Counted from the stretch's first letter, positions 36,875 through 58,867 are shown. The stretch: DNA of 64,000 nucleotides from an uncultured Chloroflexia bacterium (GCA_963813535.1 CAWEZH010000002.1:32001-96000); one strand, 5' to 3'. Numbers and translations are program-made. Notes: generated by a model not told the origin, from the sequence alone.

Positions 36875-36935
36875 ACTCCTTCTGTGAGCGCGGCCCCCCA
36901 TTTTCCCTTCGTCCTCCGTCAAGGAGTGGTGTTTC

Positions 36936-40415
<3,480 letters not shown>

Positions 40416-40481
40416 CCGTCATCACAGCAATAGACATCAACCGCTCACCGTTCCTGCGGGGCCGCGTCCCGGCCGACATGA

Positions 40482-45075
<4,594 letters not shown>

Positions 45076-45100
45076 CCGCCGAGCCGATCCTCGCCTGAAC

Positions 45101-45128
45101 CGTGACCCCGGGGCGACCCGGGGTCACG
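45101..45128 (+). terminator. GC-rich hairpin downstream of rpoC
   Basis: CGTGACCCCGGG-gcga-CCCGGGGTCACG perfect 12-bp stem, no U-tract. Confidence 0.5.
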
Positions 45129-45495
45129 TCACGTCGCGGACATCGGGATCGAGCCCGTGCCACGCTCCGACCGCGGCCGGGGCCACCAGTTCGTGCCAAA
45201 AGGTCGCCACATGCACCTTCGGCACGGTCAGCCCGTGATCGTGACGTCGCCGACGGATGGATATGCAGGATCCGGCCCTCAAGGGCCGCGGGACCGCCAC
45301 CCGGTCGCATGAAGATGCAGGGCCCGCACAGCAGCGCCGACGCGCTGGGACCAGTGCGCGCCTCATGCACATATGGCACGAATCGGGTCCGCGCGGCACC
45401 CGCCACGACCGTAGCGGGGCATGTCCGTTGACCGGGACGCGGCACAAGCCTCGACCGTACTTGCGGACCCGACCGCTCCCCGCTCCGCGGTTCGT

Positions 45496-45525
45496 TTGAC
45501 ACTGATTCCGGGCCGCCGATATACT
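45496..45525 (+). promoter_or_regulatory. str operon promoter
   Basis: TTGACA-18-TATACT. Confidence 0.75.
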
Positions 45526-45709
45526 CCGCGTTCGTGGCCTCGGGAGGGGTCCGCCTTCGGCGCGTGCGCCGAGACCCATTTCCGCCACCATCACACATCA
45601 TCTCCGGTCCCGACCGGACCGCCCATGCGGGCGCGATCCGGTGACGCTGGACCGGCCCCCGCGGTCGGGGCTGACCGCCCCGTATCGACATATGAGGAGC
45701 AGCGTCTTC

Positions 45710-46120
45710 GTGCCGACGATCAGCCAGCTCGTGCGACACGGTCGCCAGACCAAGACCAAGAAGGTCAAGGCGCCCGCGATGCGCAAGAACTGGAACAGCC
45801 TGCGACGCCGTCAGGTGTCGATCCCGGGCGCCCCGCAGAAGCGTGGAGTCTGTCTCCAGGTGCGCACGATGACGCCGAAGAAGCCGAACTCCGCCCTGCG
45901 CAAGATCGCGCGCGTCCGGCTGTCGAACCAGATGGAGGTCACGGCCTACATCCCGGGGATCGGTCACAACCTGCAGGAGCACTCGGTGGTCCTGGTCCGT
46001 GGCGGTCGGGTCAAGGACCTGCCCTCGGTCAAGTACCACATCATCCGCGGCACCCTCGACGCTGCCGGCGTGCGCGACCGCAAGCAGGGTCGTAGCAAGT
46101 ACGGCGCGAAGGCGAAGTAG
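45710..46120 (+). CDS. rpsL: 30S ribosomal protein S12
   Basis: [27 protein letters not shown]; GTG after GAGGAG. Confidence 0.97.
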   Translation: MPTISQLVRHGRQTKTKKVKAPAMRKNWNSLRRRQVSIPGAPQKRGVCLQVRTMTPKKPNSALRKIARVRLSNQMEVTAYIPGIGHNLQEHSVVLVRGGRVKDLPSVKYHIIRGTLDAAGVRDRKQGRSKYGAKAK

Positions 46121-46133
46121 GGAAGCCCGAGCC

Positions 46134-46601
46134 ATGCCGCGACGTACGAGCATCCCGCGCAAGACCAAGTACGAGGTCGTGCCGGCCAACCAAATCACGC
46201 ACCGGTTCTCAGCCAAGCTCATGAAGGGCGGCAAGCAGAACCTCGCCGAGCGGATCCTTCGCCAGGCGCTCGCCCGCGCCGAGGCGCAGGCGGGCCGTCC
46301 CGGACTCGAGATCCTCGAGGCGGCGATGCGCAACGCGACCCCCATCATCGAGGTCAAGCCCCGCCGTGTCGGTGGTGCGACCTATCAGGTCCCGGTCGAG
46401 ATCCGGGGCGATCGCCGGCTGTCGCTCGGTGTCCGCTGGCTCGTCCAGGCGGCCCGCAAGCGGAGCGGCAAGAGCATGAGTGAGAAGCTCGCCGCCGAAT
46501 TCGTCGACGCCATGAACGGCCTCGGCGCCGCGGTGAAGCGCCGCGAAGACACGCACAAGATGGCCGAGGCGAACCGCGCCTTCAGCCATTTCAAGTGGTA
46601 G
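46134..46601 (+). CDS. rpsG: 30S ribosomal protein S7
   Basis: MPRR, RRVGGATYQVP, HKMAEANRAF. Confidence 0.97.
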   Translation: MPRRTSIPRKTKYEVVPANQITHRFSAKLMKGGKQNLAERILRQALARAEAQAGRPGLEILEAAMRNATPIIEVKPRRVGGATYQVPVEIRGDRRLSLGVRWLVQAARKRSGKSMSEKLAAEFVDAMNGLGAAVKRREDTHKMAEANRAFSHFKW

Positions 46602-46622
46602 ACGCAGGAGCCTAGGAAGACC

Positions 46623-48713
<2,091 letters not shown>

Positions 48714-48727
48714 GGAGCACAAGCACG

Positions 48728-49924
48728 ATGGCCAAGAAGAAGTTCGAGCGCACCAAGCCGCACGTCAATATCGGCACGATCGGCCACATCGACCACGGCA
48801 AGACCTCGCTGACGGCCGCCATCACCAAGTACCTGGCGCTCAAGGGCGAGGCCGAGTACCGCGCCTTCGAGTCGATCGACAACGCGCCCGAGGAGCGCGA
48901 GCGGGGCATCACCATCGCCATCGCCCACGTCGAGTACGAGACCGACGCGCGCCACTACGCCCACGTCGACTGCCCGGGCCACGCCGACTACATCAAGAAC
49001 ATGATCACCGGCGCCGCGCAGATGGACGGCGCCATCCTGGTGGTGGCCGCGACCGACGGGCCGATGCCCCAGACGCGCGAGCACATCCTGCTCGCCCGCC
49101 AGGTCGAGGTGCCCTACATCGTGGTCTTCCTCAACAAGGTCGACATGGTCGACGACGAGGAGCTGCTCGACCTGGTCGAGCTCGAGGTCCGCGAGCTCTT
49201 GTCCAAGTACGAGTTCCCGGGCGACGACATCCCGGTCATCCGCGGCAGCGCGCTGAAGGCCCTGGAGGCCCCCGACGACCCGTCCAACGACGCGTACAAG
49301 CCCATCCAGGAGCTGATGGACGCGGTCGACTCCTACATCCCCACCCCCGAGCGGGCGGTCGATCGGCCGTTCCTCATGCCGGTCGAGGACGTGTTCGGCA
49401 TCAAGGGCCGGGGCACCGTCGCCACCGGGCGCATCGAGCGCGGCATCGTCAAGGTCGGCGACGAGGTCGAGCTGGTCGGCGTCAAGCCGACCCGCAAGAT
49501 CGTGGTCACCGGCGTGGAGATGTTCAAGAAGCTGCTCGACGAGGGCCAGGCCGGCGACAACGTGGGCTGCCTCATCCGGGGCATCGAGCGCGACGAGATC
49601 GAGCGCGGCCAGGTGCTGGCCAAGTCGGGCTCCATCAAGCCCGGCACCAAGTTCAGTGCCCAGGTCTACGTGCTGACCAAGGAGGAGGGCGGCCGCCACA
49701 CGCCCTTCTACAACGGCTACCGCCCGCAGTTCTACCTGCGCACGACCGACGTGACCGGCGCCATCGGGCTGCCCGACGGGGCCGAGATGATCATGCCCGG
49801 CGACAACGTCGAGATGTCGGTCGACCTGATCACCCCCATCGCCCTCGAGGTCGGCCAGCGCTTCGCCATCCGCGAGGGTGGCCGCACGGTCGGCGCCGGG
49901 GCCATCACCAAGATCGCCGAGTAG
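48728..49924 (+). CDS. tuf: Elongation factor Tu, str-operon copy
   Basis: Canonical EF-Tu motifs; follows fusA. Confidence 0.98.
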   Translation: MAKKKFERTKPHVNIGTIGHIDHGKTSLTAAITKYLALKGEAEYRAFESIDNAPEERERGITIAIAHVEYETDARHYAHVDCPGHADYIKNMITGAAQMDGAILVVAATDGPMPQTREHILLARQVEVPYIVVFLNKVDMVDDEELLDLVELEVRELLSKYEFPGDDIPVIRGSALKALEAPDDPSNDAYKPIQELMDAVDSYIPTPERAVDRPFLMPVEDVFGIKGRGTVATGRIERGIVKVGDEVELVGVKPTRKIVVTGVEMFKKLLDEGQAGDNVGCLIRGIERDEIERGQVLAKSGSIKPGTKFSAQVYVLTKEEGGRHTPFYNGYRPQFYLRTTDVTGAIGLPDGAEMIMPGDNVEMSVDLITPIALEVGQRFAIREGGRTVGAGAITKIAE

Positions 49925-49930
49925 GGACGC

Positions 49931-50239
49931 ATGGCGAAGCAGCGGATCCGGATCCGCCTCAAGGCCTACGACCACCGACTGCTCGATCAGTCGGCGGCGC
50001 AGATCGTCGAGACCGCCCAGCGCACCGGCGCGGACGTGCTCGGCCCGGTGCCGCTGCCCACCCGCATCGAGAAGTTCACCGTGTTGCGCTCGCCGTTCAT
50101 CGACAAGGACTCCCGGGAGCAGTTCGAGATCCGCACCCACAAGCGGCTCGTCGACATCCTGGATCCGAGCTCGAAGACCGTCGACGCCCTGATGCGACTC
50201 AGCCTTGCCGCTGGCGTCGACATCGAGATCAAGATGTGA
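49931..50239 (+). CDS. rpsJ: 30S ribosomal protein S10
   Basis: [28 protein letters not shown]. Confidence 0.97.
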   Translation: MAKQRIRIRLKAYDHRLLDQSAAQIVETAQRTGADVLGPVPLPTRIEKFTVLRSPFIDKDSREQFEIRTHKRLVDILDPSSKTVDALMRLSLAAGVDIEIKM

Positions 50240-50862
50240 TGAGTATCGGACTCATCGGCCGCAAGGTCGGGATGACGCAGGTGTTCCAGGACGACGGGAC
50301 GATGGTCGCGGTGAGTGTGCTCGCCATCGAACCGAACACCGTCACGCGCTTGCGCACCAGCGAGCGCGACGGCTACACGGCCGTCCAGCTTGGCGCCGAG
50401 CCGGCCAGGAAGCTCAGCAAGCCCGAGGCGGGCCAGCTCAAGAGCCTGCCCAAGGCAGCCCAGAGTCTCGCCACGCTGCGCGAGTTCCGCGTGGACAGCG
50501 TGGATGAGTACGAGATCGGTCAGACGGTTTCGATCTCCGACCTGTTCGATGCGGGCGACGATGTCGACGTGTCGGGGGTCTCGAAGGGCAAGGGCTTTGC
50601 CGGACACATCAAGCGCCACAACTTCCACCGTGGCCCGAAGACCCACGGTTCGGACCATCACCGCGAGCCCGGCTCGATCGGACCGGGCACCACGCCCGGC
50701 CGCGTCTACAAGGGCGTGAAGATGGCCGGCCATATGGGCGACGAGACCGTGACCATCAAGAAGGTGCGCATCGTGCGCACGGATCCCGAGCGCAACCTGC
50801 TGCTTGTGGCTGGCAGCCTGCCCGGCGCGCGCGGCTCGCTCATCCTGGTCAGGAAGGCCTGA
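50239..50862 (+). CDS. rplC: 50S ribosomal protein L3
   Basis: [22 protein letters not shown]. Confidence 0.97.
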   Translation: MSIGLIGRKVGMTQVFQDDGTMVAVSVLAIEPNTVTRLRTSERDGYTAVQLGAEPARKLSKPEAGQLKSLPKAAQSLATLREFRVDSVDEYEIGQTVSISDLFDAGDDVDVSGVSKGKGFAGHIKRHNFHRGPKTHGSDHHREPGSIGPGTTPGRVYKGVKMAGHMGDETVTIKKVRIVRTDPERNLLLVAGSLPGARGSLILVRKA

Positions 50863-50864
50863 CG

Positions 50865-51512
50865 ATGCCGTCGACCCCTCTCTACGACCGCACCGGCAAG
50901 ACCGTCGGCAACGTGGACCTCAGCGATGCGCTGTTCGCCGCCCCGGTCAATACCGCGGTCCTGCATCAGGTCGTGACCGCCCAGCTGGCCGCGCGCCGGC
51001 TCGGCACGCACGACACCCGTACGCGCGGTGAGATCCGCGGCGGCGGTCGCAAGCCGTATCGCCAGAAGGGCACCGGCCGTGCCCGCCAGGGCAGCCTGAG
51101 CGCACCGCACTACCGCGGTGGTGGCACCGTGTTCGGACCGCACCCGCGGTCGTACGAGCAGCGGCTCCCGCGTAAGATGAAGCGCCTCGCGCTGCGTGGC
51201 GCGCTGACGGCCAAGTTCGGTGACGAGCAGCTCAAGGTCATCGACGGCTTTGGGCTCGATGCCATCAAGACCAAGGAACTCGTCGGCGTCCTCACGGCGC
51301 TCGACGCGACGGGCCGCGTGCTCCTCGTTGCGCCCGGTCGCGACCAGAACCTGGAACTGTCGGCCCGCAACCTGCCCACGGTCAACGTGATCCTCGCCGA
51401 CTCACTCAACGTGGTCGACCTCATCGCTGCCGACCTCGTCCTCATCGAGCAGCCCGCGCTGGCTCGGATGGAGAGCGTGTACGGCGATGCCGGCAAGGAG
51501 GTGGAGGCGTGA
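50865..51512 (+). CDS. rplD: 50S ribosomal protein L4
   Basis: [17 protein letters not shown]. Confidence 0.97.
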   Translation: MPSTPLYDRTGKTVGNVDLSDALFAAPVNTAVLHQVVTAQLAARRLGTHDTRTRGEIRGGGRKPYRQKGTGRARQGSLSAPHYRGGGTVFGPHPRSYEQRLPRKMKRLALRGALTAKFGDEQLKVIDGFGLDAIKTKELVGVLTALDATGRVLLVAPGRDQNLELSARNLPTVNVILADSLNVVDLIAADLVLIEQPALARMESVYGDAGKEVEA

Positions 51513-51823
51513 GCGAGTTGACCGCCGCCGACATCATCGTCCGCCCCGTCGTGAGCGAGAAGTCCATCGACGAGTCCGGGCGCGGCAAGTACACGTTCGC
51601 CGTGCACGAGCGCGCCAACAAGATCCAGATCAAGGCGGCCGTCGAGGAGCTCTACAAGAAGGAGGGCGTGACCGTCATCGCGGTCAACGTCCTGACCACG
51701 AAGGCCAAGGAGAAGCGACGCGGGACGCGGCGCGGTCGGATCGTCGGCCACACCACGCCGTGGCGCAAGGCCATCGTCACCCTGGCCCCGGGCCAGAAGA
51801 TCGAATTCTTCGAGGGGGTCTGA
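51509..51823 (+). CDS. rplW: 50S ribosomal protein L23
   Basis: P.VSEKS, ANK.QIK.AVE, KAIVTL. Confidence 0.95.
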   Translation: MSELTAADIIVRPVVSEKSIDESGRGKYTFAVHERANKIQIKAAVEELYKKEGVTVIAVNVLTTKAKEKRRGTRRGRIVGHTTPWRKAIVTLAPGQKIEFFEGV

Positions 51824-51825
51824 CG

Positions 51826-52653
51826 ATGCCGCTGCGCAGTTACAAGCCGACGTCGCCGGGTCTCCGCCAGATGACCCGCTCCACGTTCGAGGAGATCACC
51901 ACCAAGGAGCCGTACAAGCCCCTGCTCGAGCCGCAGAAGCGCGGCTCCGGGCGGAACAACCAGGGCCGCCTCTCCGTGCGCCATCGTGGCGGTGGCGAGA
52001 AGCAGCATTACCGGCGCATCGACTTCAAGCGGGACAAGACCGGCGTACCCGCCCGCGTCGCGACGATCGAGTACGACCCCAACCGCTCCGCGCGGATCGG
52101 GCTCCTGCACTATCGCGACGGCGACAAGCGCTACATGCTGCTGCCCCACGGGCTGCGCGTCGGCGATGTCGTCGTGTCCGGTGCGGACGCGGAGGCCCGC
52201 GTCGGCAATGCCCTGCCGCTGGCCAACATCCCGCTCGGCACCACGATCCACAACATCGAGCTGACGCCCGGCAAGGGCGGCCAGATCGTGCGTTCGGCCG
52301 GCACCTCCGCCCAGCTCCTCGCGAAGGAAGGTGGCTACGCCACGGTGCGCATGCCGTCGGGCGAGATGCGCCGTATCCCGATGGCCTGCATGGCCACGGT
52401 CGGCCAGGTCAGCAACCTCGATCACGAGAACCAGAACCTCGGCAAGGCCGGCCGCGCCCGGCACATGGGCCAGCGCCCGGAGGTCCGCGGGGTCGTCATG
52501 AACCCGCGCGACCATCCGCATGGCGGTGGCGAGGGCAAGTCCCCGACCGGGATGCCGCCCAAGACGCCGTGGGGCCAGCCCGCGATGGGCTACCGCACCC
52601 GGCGGTCGAAGACGACCGGACGCCTCATCGTCCGCTCGCGGCATCGCAAGTAG
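51826..52653 (+). CDS. rplB: 50S ribosomal protein L2
   Basis: [32 protein letters not shown]. Confidence 0.97.
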   Translation: MPLRSYKPTSPGLRQMTRSTFEEITTKEPYKPLLEPQKRGSGRNNQGRLSVRHRGGGEKQHYRRIDFKRDKTGVPARVATIEYDPNRSARIGLLHYRDGDKRYMLLPHGLRVGDVVVSGADAEARVGNALPLANIPLGTTIHNIELTPGKGGQIVRSAGTSAQLLAKEGGYATVRMPSGEMRRIPMACMATVGQVSNLDHENQNLGKAGRARHMGQRPEVRGVVMNPRDHPHGGGEGKSPTGMPPKTPWGQPAMGYRTRRSKTTGRLIVRSRHRK

Positions 52654-52671
52654 GCGGGGAGGTAGGAGTCG

Positions 52672-52956
52672 ATGTCCCGTTCCATCAAGAAGGGCCCGTT
52701 CGTCGAGGCCCGCCTTCTCGGCCGGATCGAGGAGATGAACAAACGCAACGAGAAGAAGGTCGTCAAGACCTGGTCGCGTGCGTCGGTGATCTTCCCGACG
52801 TTCATCGGCCACACCATCGCCGTCTACAACGGCAAGAAGCATGTGCCGGTCTACGTGACCGAGAATATGGTCGGCCACCGACTCGGTGAGTTCAGCCCGA
52901 CCCGCAACTACCGCGGGCACGGTCGGCACACCGAGCGCTCGACGGCGCTGAAGTAG
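52672..52956 (+). CDS. rpsS: 30S ribosomal protein S19
   Basis: RS.KKGPF, KTWSR, GH.LGEF. Confidence 0.97.
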   Translation: MSRSIKKGPFVEARLLGRIEEMNKRNEKKVVKTWSRASVIFPTFIGHTIAVYNGKKHVPVYVTENMVGHRLGEFSPTRNYRGHGRHTERSTALK

Positions 52957-52964
52957 GCCTGCCG

Positions 52965-53303
52965 ATGCGTGTATCCGCCACCGCCAAGTACCAGCGCGCG
53001 TCGACGCGCAAGACCCGCCTCGTGACCGCCGCCATCAAGGGCAAGCGGGTCGAGGAGGCGACGGCCCTCCTCCGGTTCATGCCGCAGAAGGCCGCCGCGG
53101 ATGTGGCACGCGTCCTCAAGAGCGCGACCGCCAATGCCGAGAACAACCACAACCTGTCCGCGGAGGACCTGGTGATCGTCGACGCGATCGCCGACGAGGG
53201 ACCGACCATCAAGCGCTTTCAACCGCGGGCCCAGGGTCGGGCGTTCCCCATCCACAAGCCCATGACCCACATCACGATCGTCGTCGCGGACCAGGAGGCC
53301 TGA
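52965..53303 (+). CDS. rplV: 50S ribosomal protein L22
   Basis: LKSA.ANA, GP..KR..PRA.GRA. Confidence 0.96.
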   Translation: MRVSATAKYQRASTRKTRLVTAAIKGKRVEEATALLRFMPQKAAADVARVLKSATANAENNHNLSAEDLVIVDAIADEGPTIKRFQPRAQGRAFPIHKPMTHITIVVADQEA

Positions 53304-53304
53304 C

Positions 53305-53988
53305 ATGGGACACAAGGTCCATCCGTACGGCTTCCGCCTGGGTGTCTCGCGCACCTGGACCGCGAAGTGGTATGCGGACAAGGAATACACCACCTCCCTC
53401 AAGGAGGACATCTCGATCCGTACGCTCATCGAGCGGCGGCTCTCGAACGCCAGCGTCAGCGGCGTCGAGATCGAGCGTGGCATCAACCACGTGACGGTCA
53501 CGATCCACACCGCCAAGCCGGGCATCGTCATCGGCAAGGGTGGCGCGAACGTCGAGGTCCTCCGCCAGCAGATCGGCGCGCTCAGCGACCGCAAGGTCAA
53601 GCTCGAGATCAAGGAGATCCGGCAGCCGGAGCTCGACGCGCACCTGGTGGCCATGAACATCGCCGGCCAGCTGACCCGCCGCATCGCCTTCAAGAAGGCG
53701 ATGAAGCAGGCCATCCAGCGGTCGATGAAGGCCGGTGCGAAGGGCGTCAAGATCGCCGTCGCCGGCCGGCTCGGCGGCTCCGAGATGGGCCGGCGAGAGT
53801 GGGACAAGGAAGGCCGCATCCCGCTCGGCACGCTGCGCGCGGACATCAGCTACGGCCAGGTCCACGCGCACACCACCTACGGCCGCATCGGCGTCAAGGT
53901 CTGGATCTATCGGGGCGACATCGCTCCCGAGCCGGTCCGTCGACCCGAGCTGGCCGGTGCCAACGCGCCGGCAGGACAGGGGGCCTGA
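53305..53988 (+). CDS. rpsC: 30S ribosomal protein S3
   Basis: [30 protein letters not shown]. Confidence 0.97.
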   Translation: MGHKVHPYGFRLGVSRTWTAKWYADKEYTTSLKEDISIRTLIERRLSNASVSGVEIERGINHVTVTIHTAKPGIVIGKGGANVEVLRQQIGALSDRKVKLEIKEIRQPELDAHLVAMNIAGQLTRRIAFKKAMKQAIQRSMKAGAKGVKIAVAGRLGGSEMGRREWDKEGRIPLGTLRADISYGQVHAHTTYGRIGVKVWIYRGDIAPEPVRRPELAGANAPAGQGA

Positions 53989-53990
53989 CG

Positions 53991-54413
53991 ATGTTGATGC
54001 CGCGACGCGTCAAGCATCGCAAGGTCATGCGAGGCCGCATGTCCGGGTTGGCCAAGGGCGGCCACACGGTGGCATTCGGTGAGTACGGGCTGGCCACACA
54101 GGAGCCGGCCTGGATCACGAGCCGCCAGATCGAGGCCGCGCGGCGCGCCATGACCCGCTCGGTCAAGCGCGGCGGCAAGATCTGGATCCGCATCTTCCCC
54201 GACAAGCCCGCGACCAAGAAGCCGGCCGAGACCCGCATGGGCTCGGGCAAGGGCGCCCCCGACCATTGGGTCGCGGTCGTCAAGCCCGGCCGCATCCTCT
54301 TCGAGATGGCCGGTGTCGACCACGACTCCGCCGTCGAGGCGATGCGACTCGCCAGCCACAAGCTCCCCGTCGCGACCCGCGTGGTCGTGCGCGAAGGCGC
54401 GAAGGAGGCCTGA
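53991..54413 (+). CDS. rplP: 50S ribosomal protein L16
   Basis: [22 protein letters not shown]. Confidence 0.97.
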   Translation: MLMPRRVKHRKVMRGRMSGLAKGGHTVAFGEYGLATQEPAWITSRQIEAARRAMTRSVKRGGKIWIRIFPDKPATKKPAETRMGSGKGAPDHWVAVVKPGRILFEMAGVDHDSAVEAMRLASHKLPVATRVVVREGAKEA

Positions 54414-54414
54414 G

Positions 54415-54624
54415 GTGGCTGAGGTGGACCTGAAGAAGATCCGCTCGCTGTCCGACGCCGAGCTCGACGAGGCGCTGCGTGAGGCGAAGCAGGACCTGTG
54501 GGGAGCGCGCTTCGCGCTCTCGACCCGACAACTCAAGGACTACAGCACGATCCCGCAGACGCGGAGGACGATCGCGCGGATCCTGACCGTCCAGCGCGAG
54601 CGCAAGCTCGGCCAGACGGCCTGA
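54415..54624 (+). CDS. rpmC: 50S ribosomal protein L29
   Basis: IR.LS..EL, RR.IARILT; position between rplP and rpsQ; start may be 54424. Confidence 0.92.
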   Translation: MAEVDLKKIRSLSDAELDEALREAKQDLWGARFALSTRQLKDYSTIPQTRRTIARILTVQRERKLGQTA

Positions 54625-54638
54625 GGGGATATCACGCG

Positions 54639-55148
54639 ATGACAGGAGCGATCACCAAGGTGCAAGTCAAGCGGAGGACCAAGGTCGGCCGCGTCGTCAG
54701 TGACCGGATGGACAAGACCATCGTCGTGTCCGTGGAGCGGCTCGCCCGCCACCGGCTGTACAAGCGGGTCATCCGCTTGACGACGAAGTTCAAGGCGCAC
54801 GATGAGACCAACGACGCCCGTATCGGGGACACCGTCCTCATCGAGGAAGCGCGCCCGATGTCGGCGACCAAGCGCTGGCGGCTCATCAGCGTCATCCAGC
54901 GCGCCGGCGAGCACGGCCTCCCGGGCGAGGCCGTGGTCGGCGAAGAGGAGGCCGTCACCGAGGCCATCCATGCCGCCGCGCATCCGGGCCGGGTTCGCGC
55001 CGCGGAGGCCGCCGCCGAGTCGACCGGATCGCCGGCTGAGACCGGATCGCCGGCTGACACTGAGCCCGTCGCCACAGCCGAGGAGCCCGCCGACGAGGCC
55101 GCCACCGCCGACGCGTCCGGCAGCGACGATGAGGATGATCGATCGTGA
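54639..55148 (+). CDS. rpsQ: 30S ribosomal protein S17 with acidic C-terminal extension
   Basis: G.VVSD.MDKT.VV, AHDE, RP.SATK.W, then ~80 aa E/A/P/T/D-rich tail. Confidence 0.95.
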   Translation: MTGAITKVQVKRRTKVGRVVSDRMDKTIVVSVERLARHRLYKRVIRLTTKFKAHDETNDARIGDTVLIEEARPMSATKRWRLISVIQRAGEHGLPGEAVVGEEEAVTEAIHAAAHPGRVRAAEAAAESTGSPAETGSPADTEPVATAEEPADEAATADASGSDDEDDRS

Positions 55149-55513
55149 TCCAGCCTCAGACCCGCCTCAAGGTCGCGGACAACACCGGTGCCCGGAGCAT
55201 CCAGTGCATCCGGGTGATGGGTCGTTCCCTCAAGACGACCGCCGGCGTCGGTGACGTGATCGTGGCGAGCGTCAAGCAGGCGATCCCGAACGCCGCCGTC
55301 AAGAAGGGCGACGTCGTGCGGGCGGTGATCGTCCGCACGAACAAAGAGTACGGCCGCGCCGACGGCAGCTACATCCGCTTCGACGAGAACGCCGCCGTGC
55401 TCATCAACAACCAGGGCAACCCGCGCGGGACGCGCATCTTCGGCCCGGTCGCGCGCGAGCTACGGGACCGCAACTACATGAAGATCGTGTCGCTCGCGCC
55501 GGAGGTGCTGTGA
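55145..55513 (+). CDS. rplN: 50S ribosomal protein L14
   Basis: [26 protein letters not shown]. Confidence 0.97.
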   Translation: MIQPQTRLKVADNTGARSIQCIRVMGRSLKTTAGVGDVIVASVKQAIPNAAVKKGDVVRAVIVRTNKEYGRADGSYIRFDENAAVLINNQGNPRGTRIFGPVARELRDRNYMKIVSLAPEVL

Positions 55514-55950
55514 TGGCCACCGAGACGCGAGCCCGTTCCCCGAAGGTGCCTGAGATCCGCAAGGGCGACACGGTGGTCGTGCTGTCCGGCAAGGACGCCG
55601 GCAAGCGCGGCACGGTCGAGCGCGTGATCCGACGTTCGCCGTCCCCGCGCGGCACGCGCAGCGTGTTCCGGCGCGGTTCGGCGGCCGGTGGCGTGAGCGT
55701 CGTGGTCGAGGGGATCAACATCGCCAAGCGCCACACGAAGCCGCGCCAGACGGCGAGCTCGACCGACCGCATGCCCAAGATCCAGCAGGGCGGCATCCTC
55801 GAGATCGCCCAGCCGGTGCCGGTCGGCAAGGTGATGCTCGTCTGCGGCAGCTGCGGCAAGCCGACGCGCATCGCCCATCGGACCCTAGACAACGGACGCC
55901 GCGTCCGCGTCTGCAAGAACTGTGGCGAGCAGCTGGAGGTGAAGTCGTGA
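55513..55950 (+). CDS. rplX: 50S ribosomal protein L24
   Basis: KGDTV.V.SGKD.GK KOW, VEGIN..KRH.KP; Arg-rich insertion; C-terminal CxxC..CxxC. Confidence 0.93.
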   Translation: MATETRARSPKVPEIRKGDTVVVLSGKDAGKRGTVERVIRRSPSPRGTRSVFRRGSAAGGVSVVVEGINIAKRHTKPRQTASSTDRMPKIQQGGILEIAQPVPVGKVMLVCGSCGKPTRIAHRTLDNGRRVRVCKNCGEQLEVKS

Positions 55951-56489
55951 CCAGCCGCCTGCACGAGCGCTACGCGGCCGAGGTCGTCCCGGCGCTGCAG
56001 AAGCAATTCGACTACGGCAACCCCAACCAGGTGCCGAAGGTGTCGAAGATCGTGGTCAACATCGGGCTCGGTGAGGCGTTGTCCAACGCCAAGGCACTCG
56101 ACGCTGCGCTCGGGGACCTCGCCACGATCACGGGGCAGCGGCCGATCGTCACGAAGGCCAAGCGCTCGATCGCCCAGTTCCGCCTCCGCACCGGCAACTC
56201 GATCGGCGCGAAGGTGACGCTGCGTGGTGAGCGCATGTGGGACTTCCTCGATCGGCTCACGACGCTCGCCCTGCCTCGCATCCGCGACTTCCGGGGCGTC
56301 CCGGGCAAGTCGTTCGATGGGCGAGGGAACTACTCCCTCGGGATGCGCGAGCAGCTCGCGTTCCCCGAGATCGACTACGACAAGGTGGACCGTCTCCGCG
56401 GGCTGGAGATCAGCATCGTGACGACGGCGAAGTCCGACGAGGAATCGAAGAAGCTCCTCGAGCTCCTCGGCATGCCCTTCGCCTCGTAG
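55947..56489 (+). CDS. rplE: 50S ribosomal protein L5
   Basis: [27 protein letters not shown]. Confidence 0.97.
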   Translation: MTSRLHERYAAEVVPALQKQFDYGNPNQVPKVSKIVVNIGLGEALSNAKALDAALGDLATITGQRPIVTKAKRSIAQFRLRTGNSIGAKVTLRGERMWDFLDRLTTLALPRIRDFRGVPGKSFDGRGNYSLGMREQLAFPEIDYDKVDRLRGLEISIVTTAKSDEESKKLLELLGMPFAS

Positions 56490-56507
56490 GCGCGGGGAGG
56501 GAGAACC

Positions 56508-56693
56508 ATGGCAAAGAAATCGATGGTCGCGAAGGCCAAGCGGACCCCCAAGCACCCGGTGCAGGCGTATCACCGCTGCTTCGTGTGCGGACGACCGCGC
56601 GCCTTCATGCGCCGGTTCGCGCTCTGCCGCATCTGTTTCCGGGAGCGCGCGCTCCTGGGCGAGCTGCCGGGCGTCACGAAGTCGAGCTGGTAG
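56508..56693 (+). CDS. rpsN: 30S ribosomal protein S14, zinc-binding type Z
   Basis: RC..CGRPR, CRICFRE, PGV.KSSW. Confidence 0.96.
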   Translation: MAKKSMVAKAKRTPKHPVQAYHRCFVCGRPRAFMRRFALCRICFRERALLGELPGVTKSSW

Positions 56694-56700
56694 GGAACCG

Positions 56701-57099
56701 ATGAACATCTCCGACCCGATCGCGGACATGCTCACGCGCGTCCGGAACGCCTCGCGCGCACGTCACACCGAGGTGGTCGTGCCGGCGTCGCGGACGAAGC
56801 GTGAGATCGCCCGCATCCTCAAGGACGAGGGCTTCATCGCCGACGTCACGGAGGAACAGGACGGGCCCTCGGCGGTCCTGCGCCTGACCCTCAAGTACGT
56901 CGACGGCAAGGTCCCGGTCGTCTCCGGCCTCAAGCGCATCAGCAAGCCGGGCCTGCGCGTGTATGCGCGCAAGACCGACATCCCGCGGGTGCTCGGCGGC
57001 CTCGGCATCGTCATCGTCAGCACGAGCAAGGGCATCATGACCGGCCAGCAGGCGCGGCAGGCCCAGCTCGGCGGCGAAGTCCTGGCATACGTCTGGTAG
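56701..57099 (+). CDS. rpsH: 30S ribosomal protein S8
   Basis: [27 protein letters not shown]. Confidence 0.97.
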   Translation: MNISDPIADMLTRVRNASRARHTEVVVPASRTKREIARILKDEGFIADVTEEQDGPSAVLRLTLKYVDGKVPVVSGLKRISKPGLRVYARKTDIPRVLGGLGIVIVSTSKGIMTGQQARQAQLGGEVLAYVW

Positions 57100-57108
57100 G
57101 CGGGATCG

Positions 57109-57660
57109 ATGTCACGAATCGGACGATTGCCAATCGCTGTCCCGTCGGGTGTCGACGTGACGATCGCGGGGCGCGAGGTCACGGTGAAGGGGCCGAAGGG
57201 CACCCTCAGCCGGATCCTGCACCCCGACATGACGGTTCGCCAGGAGGACGGCAGCATCGTCGTCACCCGGCCGACCGAGCAGAAGACCCACAAGCAGCTC
57301 CACGGTCTGACCCGGACCCTCGTGAACAACATGGTGGTCGGCGTGACCGACGGCTATCGCAAGGGGCTCGAGATCACCGGCGTGGGCTACCGGGCGGCGC
57401 TGAGCGGCAAGAAGCTCACGCTCAACCTCGGCTATAGCCACCCGGTCGAGATCGACCCGCCAGAGGGCATCAGCTTCGAGCTCGAGAACCCGACCCGCCT
57501 CGCGGTCATCGGGATCGACAAGGAACTGGTGGGCCAGATCGCCGCGCAGGTGCGCGCGACCCGCAAGCCCGAACCCTACAAGGGCAAGGGTGTCCGGTAC
57601 GCCGGGGAGCAGGTCCGCCGCAAGGCGGGCAAGGCCGGCAAGATCGGCGCCAAGAAGTAA
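57109..57660 (+). CDS. rplF: 50S ribosomal protein L6
   Basis: [19 protein letters not shown]. Confidence 0.97.
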   Translation: MSRIGRLPIAVPSGVDVTIAGREVTVKGPKGTLSRILHPDMTVRQEDGSIVVTRPTEQKTHKQLHGLTRTLVNNMVVGVTDGYRKGLEITGVGYRAALSGKKLTLNLGYSHPVEIDPPEGISFELENPTRLAVIGIDKELVGQIAAQVRATRKPEPYKGKGVRYAGEQVRRKAGKAGKIGAKK

Positions 57661-57678
57661 TGACGAAGGACTGACACG

Positions 57679-58041
57679 ATGACGCAGGTCGCCAGCCGCG
57701 GCGCCGCCCGACGCAAGCGCCACGACCGGATCCGCCTCACGATGGCGGGGACGGCCGGGCGACCGCGTCTGGCCGTGTTCCGCAGCCTCAATCACATCTA
57801 CGCGCAGGTCATCGACGACGCGTCCGGCAAGACGCTCGTCGCCGCCTCGACCCTGGAGAAGGAGCTACGTGGCTCCAAGTCCAGCAAGTCCGAGGAGGCC
57901 GCGGTCATCGGCCGGCTCATCGCCGAGCGGTCGAAGGCTGCCGGGATCGAGCGCGTCGTCTTCGATCGAGCCGGGTTCCGGTACCACGGGCGCATCAGAT
58001 CGCTCGCCGATGCCGCCCGTGAGGCCGGTCTCGACTTCTGA
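57679..58041 (+). CDS. rplR: 50S ribosomal protein L18
   Basis: RPRL.VFRS..HIYAQ.IDD, VFDR.G..YHGR. Confidence 0.97.
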   Translation: MTQVASRGAARRKRHDRIRLTMAGTAGRPRLAVFRSLNHIYAQVIDDASGKTLVAASTLEKELRGSKSSKSEEAAVIGRLIAERSKAAGIERVVFDRAGFRYHGRIRSLADAAREAGLDF

Positions 58042-58056
58042 TCGGAAGGAGCATCC

Positions 58057-58596
58057 GTGGCACGTATCGATCCCAACAAGCTCGCGCTCGAGGAGCGCGT
58101 CGTCCAGATCAACCGCGTGGCGAAGGTCGTCAAGGGTGGTCGCCGCTTCAGCTTCAGCGCGGTCGTCGTCGTCGGTGACGGCGCCGGTCACGTCGGCGCC
58201 GGGCTCGGCAAGGCCGGCGAGGTGCCCGAGGCCATCCGCAAGGGCGTCGAGGACGCGAAGAAGAACATCATCAAGATCCCGATGGTCGGCACGACCATTC
58301 CGCACGAGGTGAACGTCGAGTTCGCCGCGAGCAAGGTGATGCTCAAGCCGGCATCGCAGGGCACCGGCGTGATCGCCGGTGGCTCCGTCCGCGCCGTCCT
58401 CGAGGCGGCCGGGGTCCGCGACATCCTGTCGAAGATCTACGGTTCGACCAACCCGGTCAACGTCACCCGCGCGACCATCGAGGCGCTCCGCGGCCTGCAC
58501 TCGGCCGAGGAGCTCTCGGCACGCCGCGGGGTCAAGCTCGTGAGCCATATCTCCGGCCAGCCGGCCCCGTCGTCGGAGGCGGCCGATGCCCGGTAA
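58057..58596 (+). CDS. rpsE: 30S ribosomal protein S5
   Basis: RV.KVVKGGR, GTG.IAGG, GS.NP.N. Confidence 0.97.
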   Translation: MARIDPNKLALEERVVQINRVAKVVKGGRRFSFSAVVVVGDGAGHVGAGLGKAGEVPEAIRKGVEDAKKNIIKIPMVGTTIPHEVNVEFAASKVMLKPASQGTGVIAGGSVRAVLEAAGVRDILSKIYGSTNPVNVTRATIEALRGLHSAEELSARRGVKLVSHISGQPAPSSEAADAR

Positions 58597-58867
58597 GCTG
58601 CGGGTCACCCAGACCAAGTCGACGATCAGCCACATCGCCCGCAACCGGGCGACCGTCAAGGCGCTCGGGCTGCACGGCATCGGGAGCACCAGCATCGTGT
58701 CGGACAACGACGCGACGCGTGGCATGGTCCGCCAGGTCCGCTTCCTCGTGACGGTCGAGGAGATCGACGACGCCCCGACCAAGCGACGCGCCAGCGACTC
58801 CCCGACGAAGCGAAGCGCCGGCGACGCCCCGAGCAGCACCAGCGCCGGCGCCGAGGAGACAGCATGA
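58586..58867 (+). CDS. rpmD: 50S ribosomal protein L30 with C-terminal extension
   Basis: VT..KS.I, TV.ALGL, RGM...V; ~33-aa disordered tail. Confidence 0.92.
   Translation: MPGKLRVTQTKSTISHIARNRATVKALGLHGIGSTSIVSDNDATRGMVRQVRFLVTVEEIDDAPTKRRASDSPTKRSAGDAPSSTSAGAEETA

Noticed and set aside
51487-55148. Apparent N-terminally extended L2 (388 aa), L16 (348 aa), L29 and S17 in the ORF track
   Set aside because: Upstream in-frame starts overlap the preceding genes; the real starts are 51826, 53991, 54415 and 54639.
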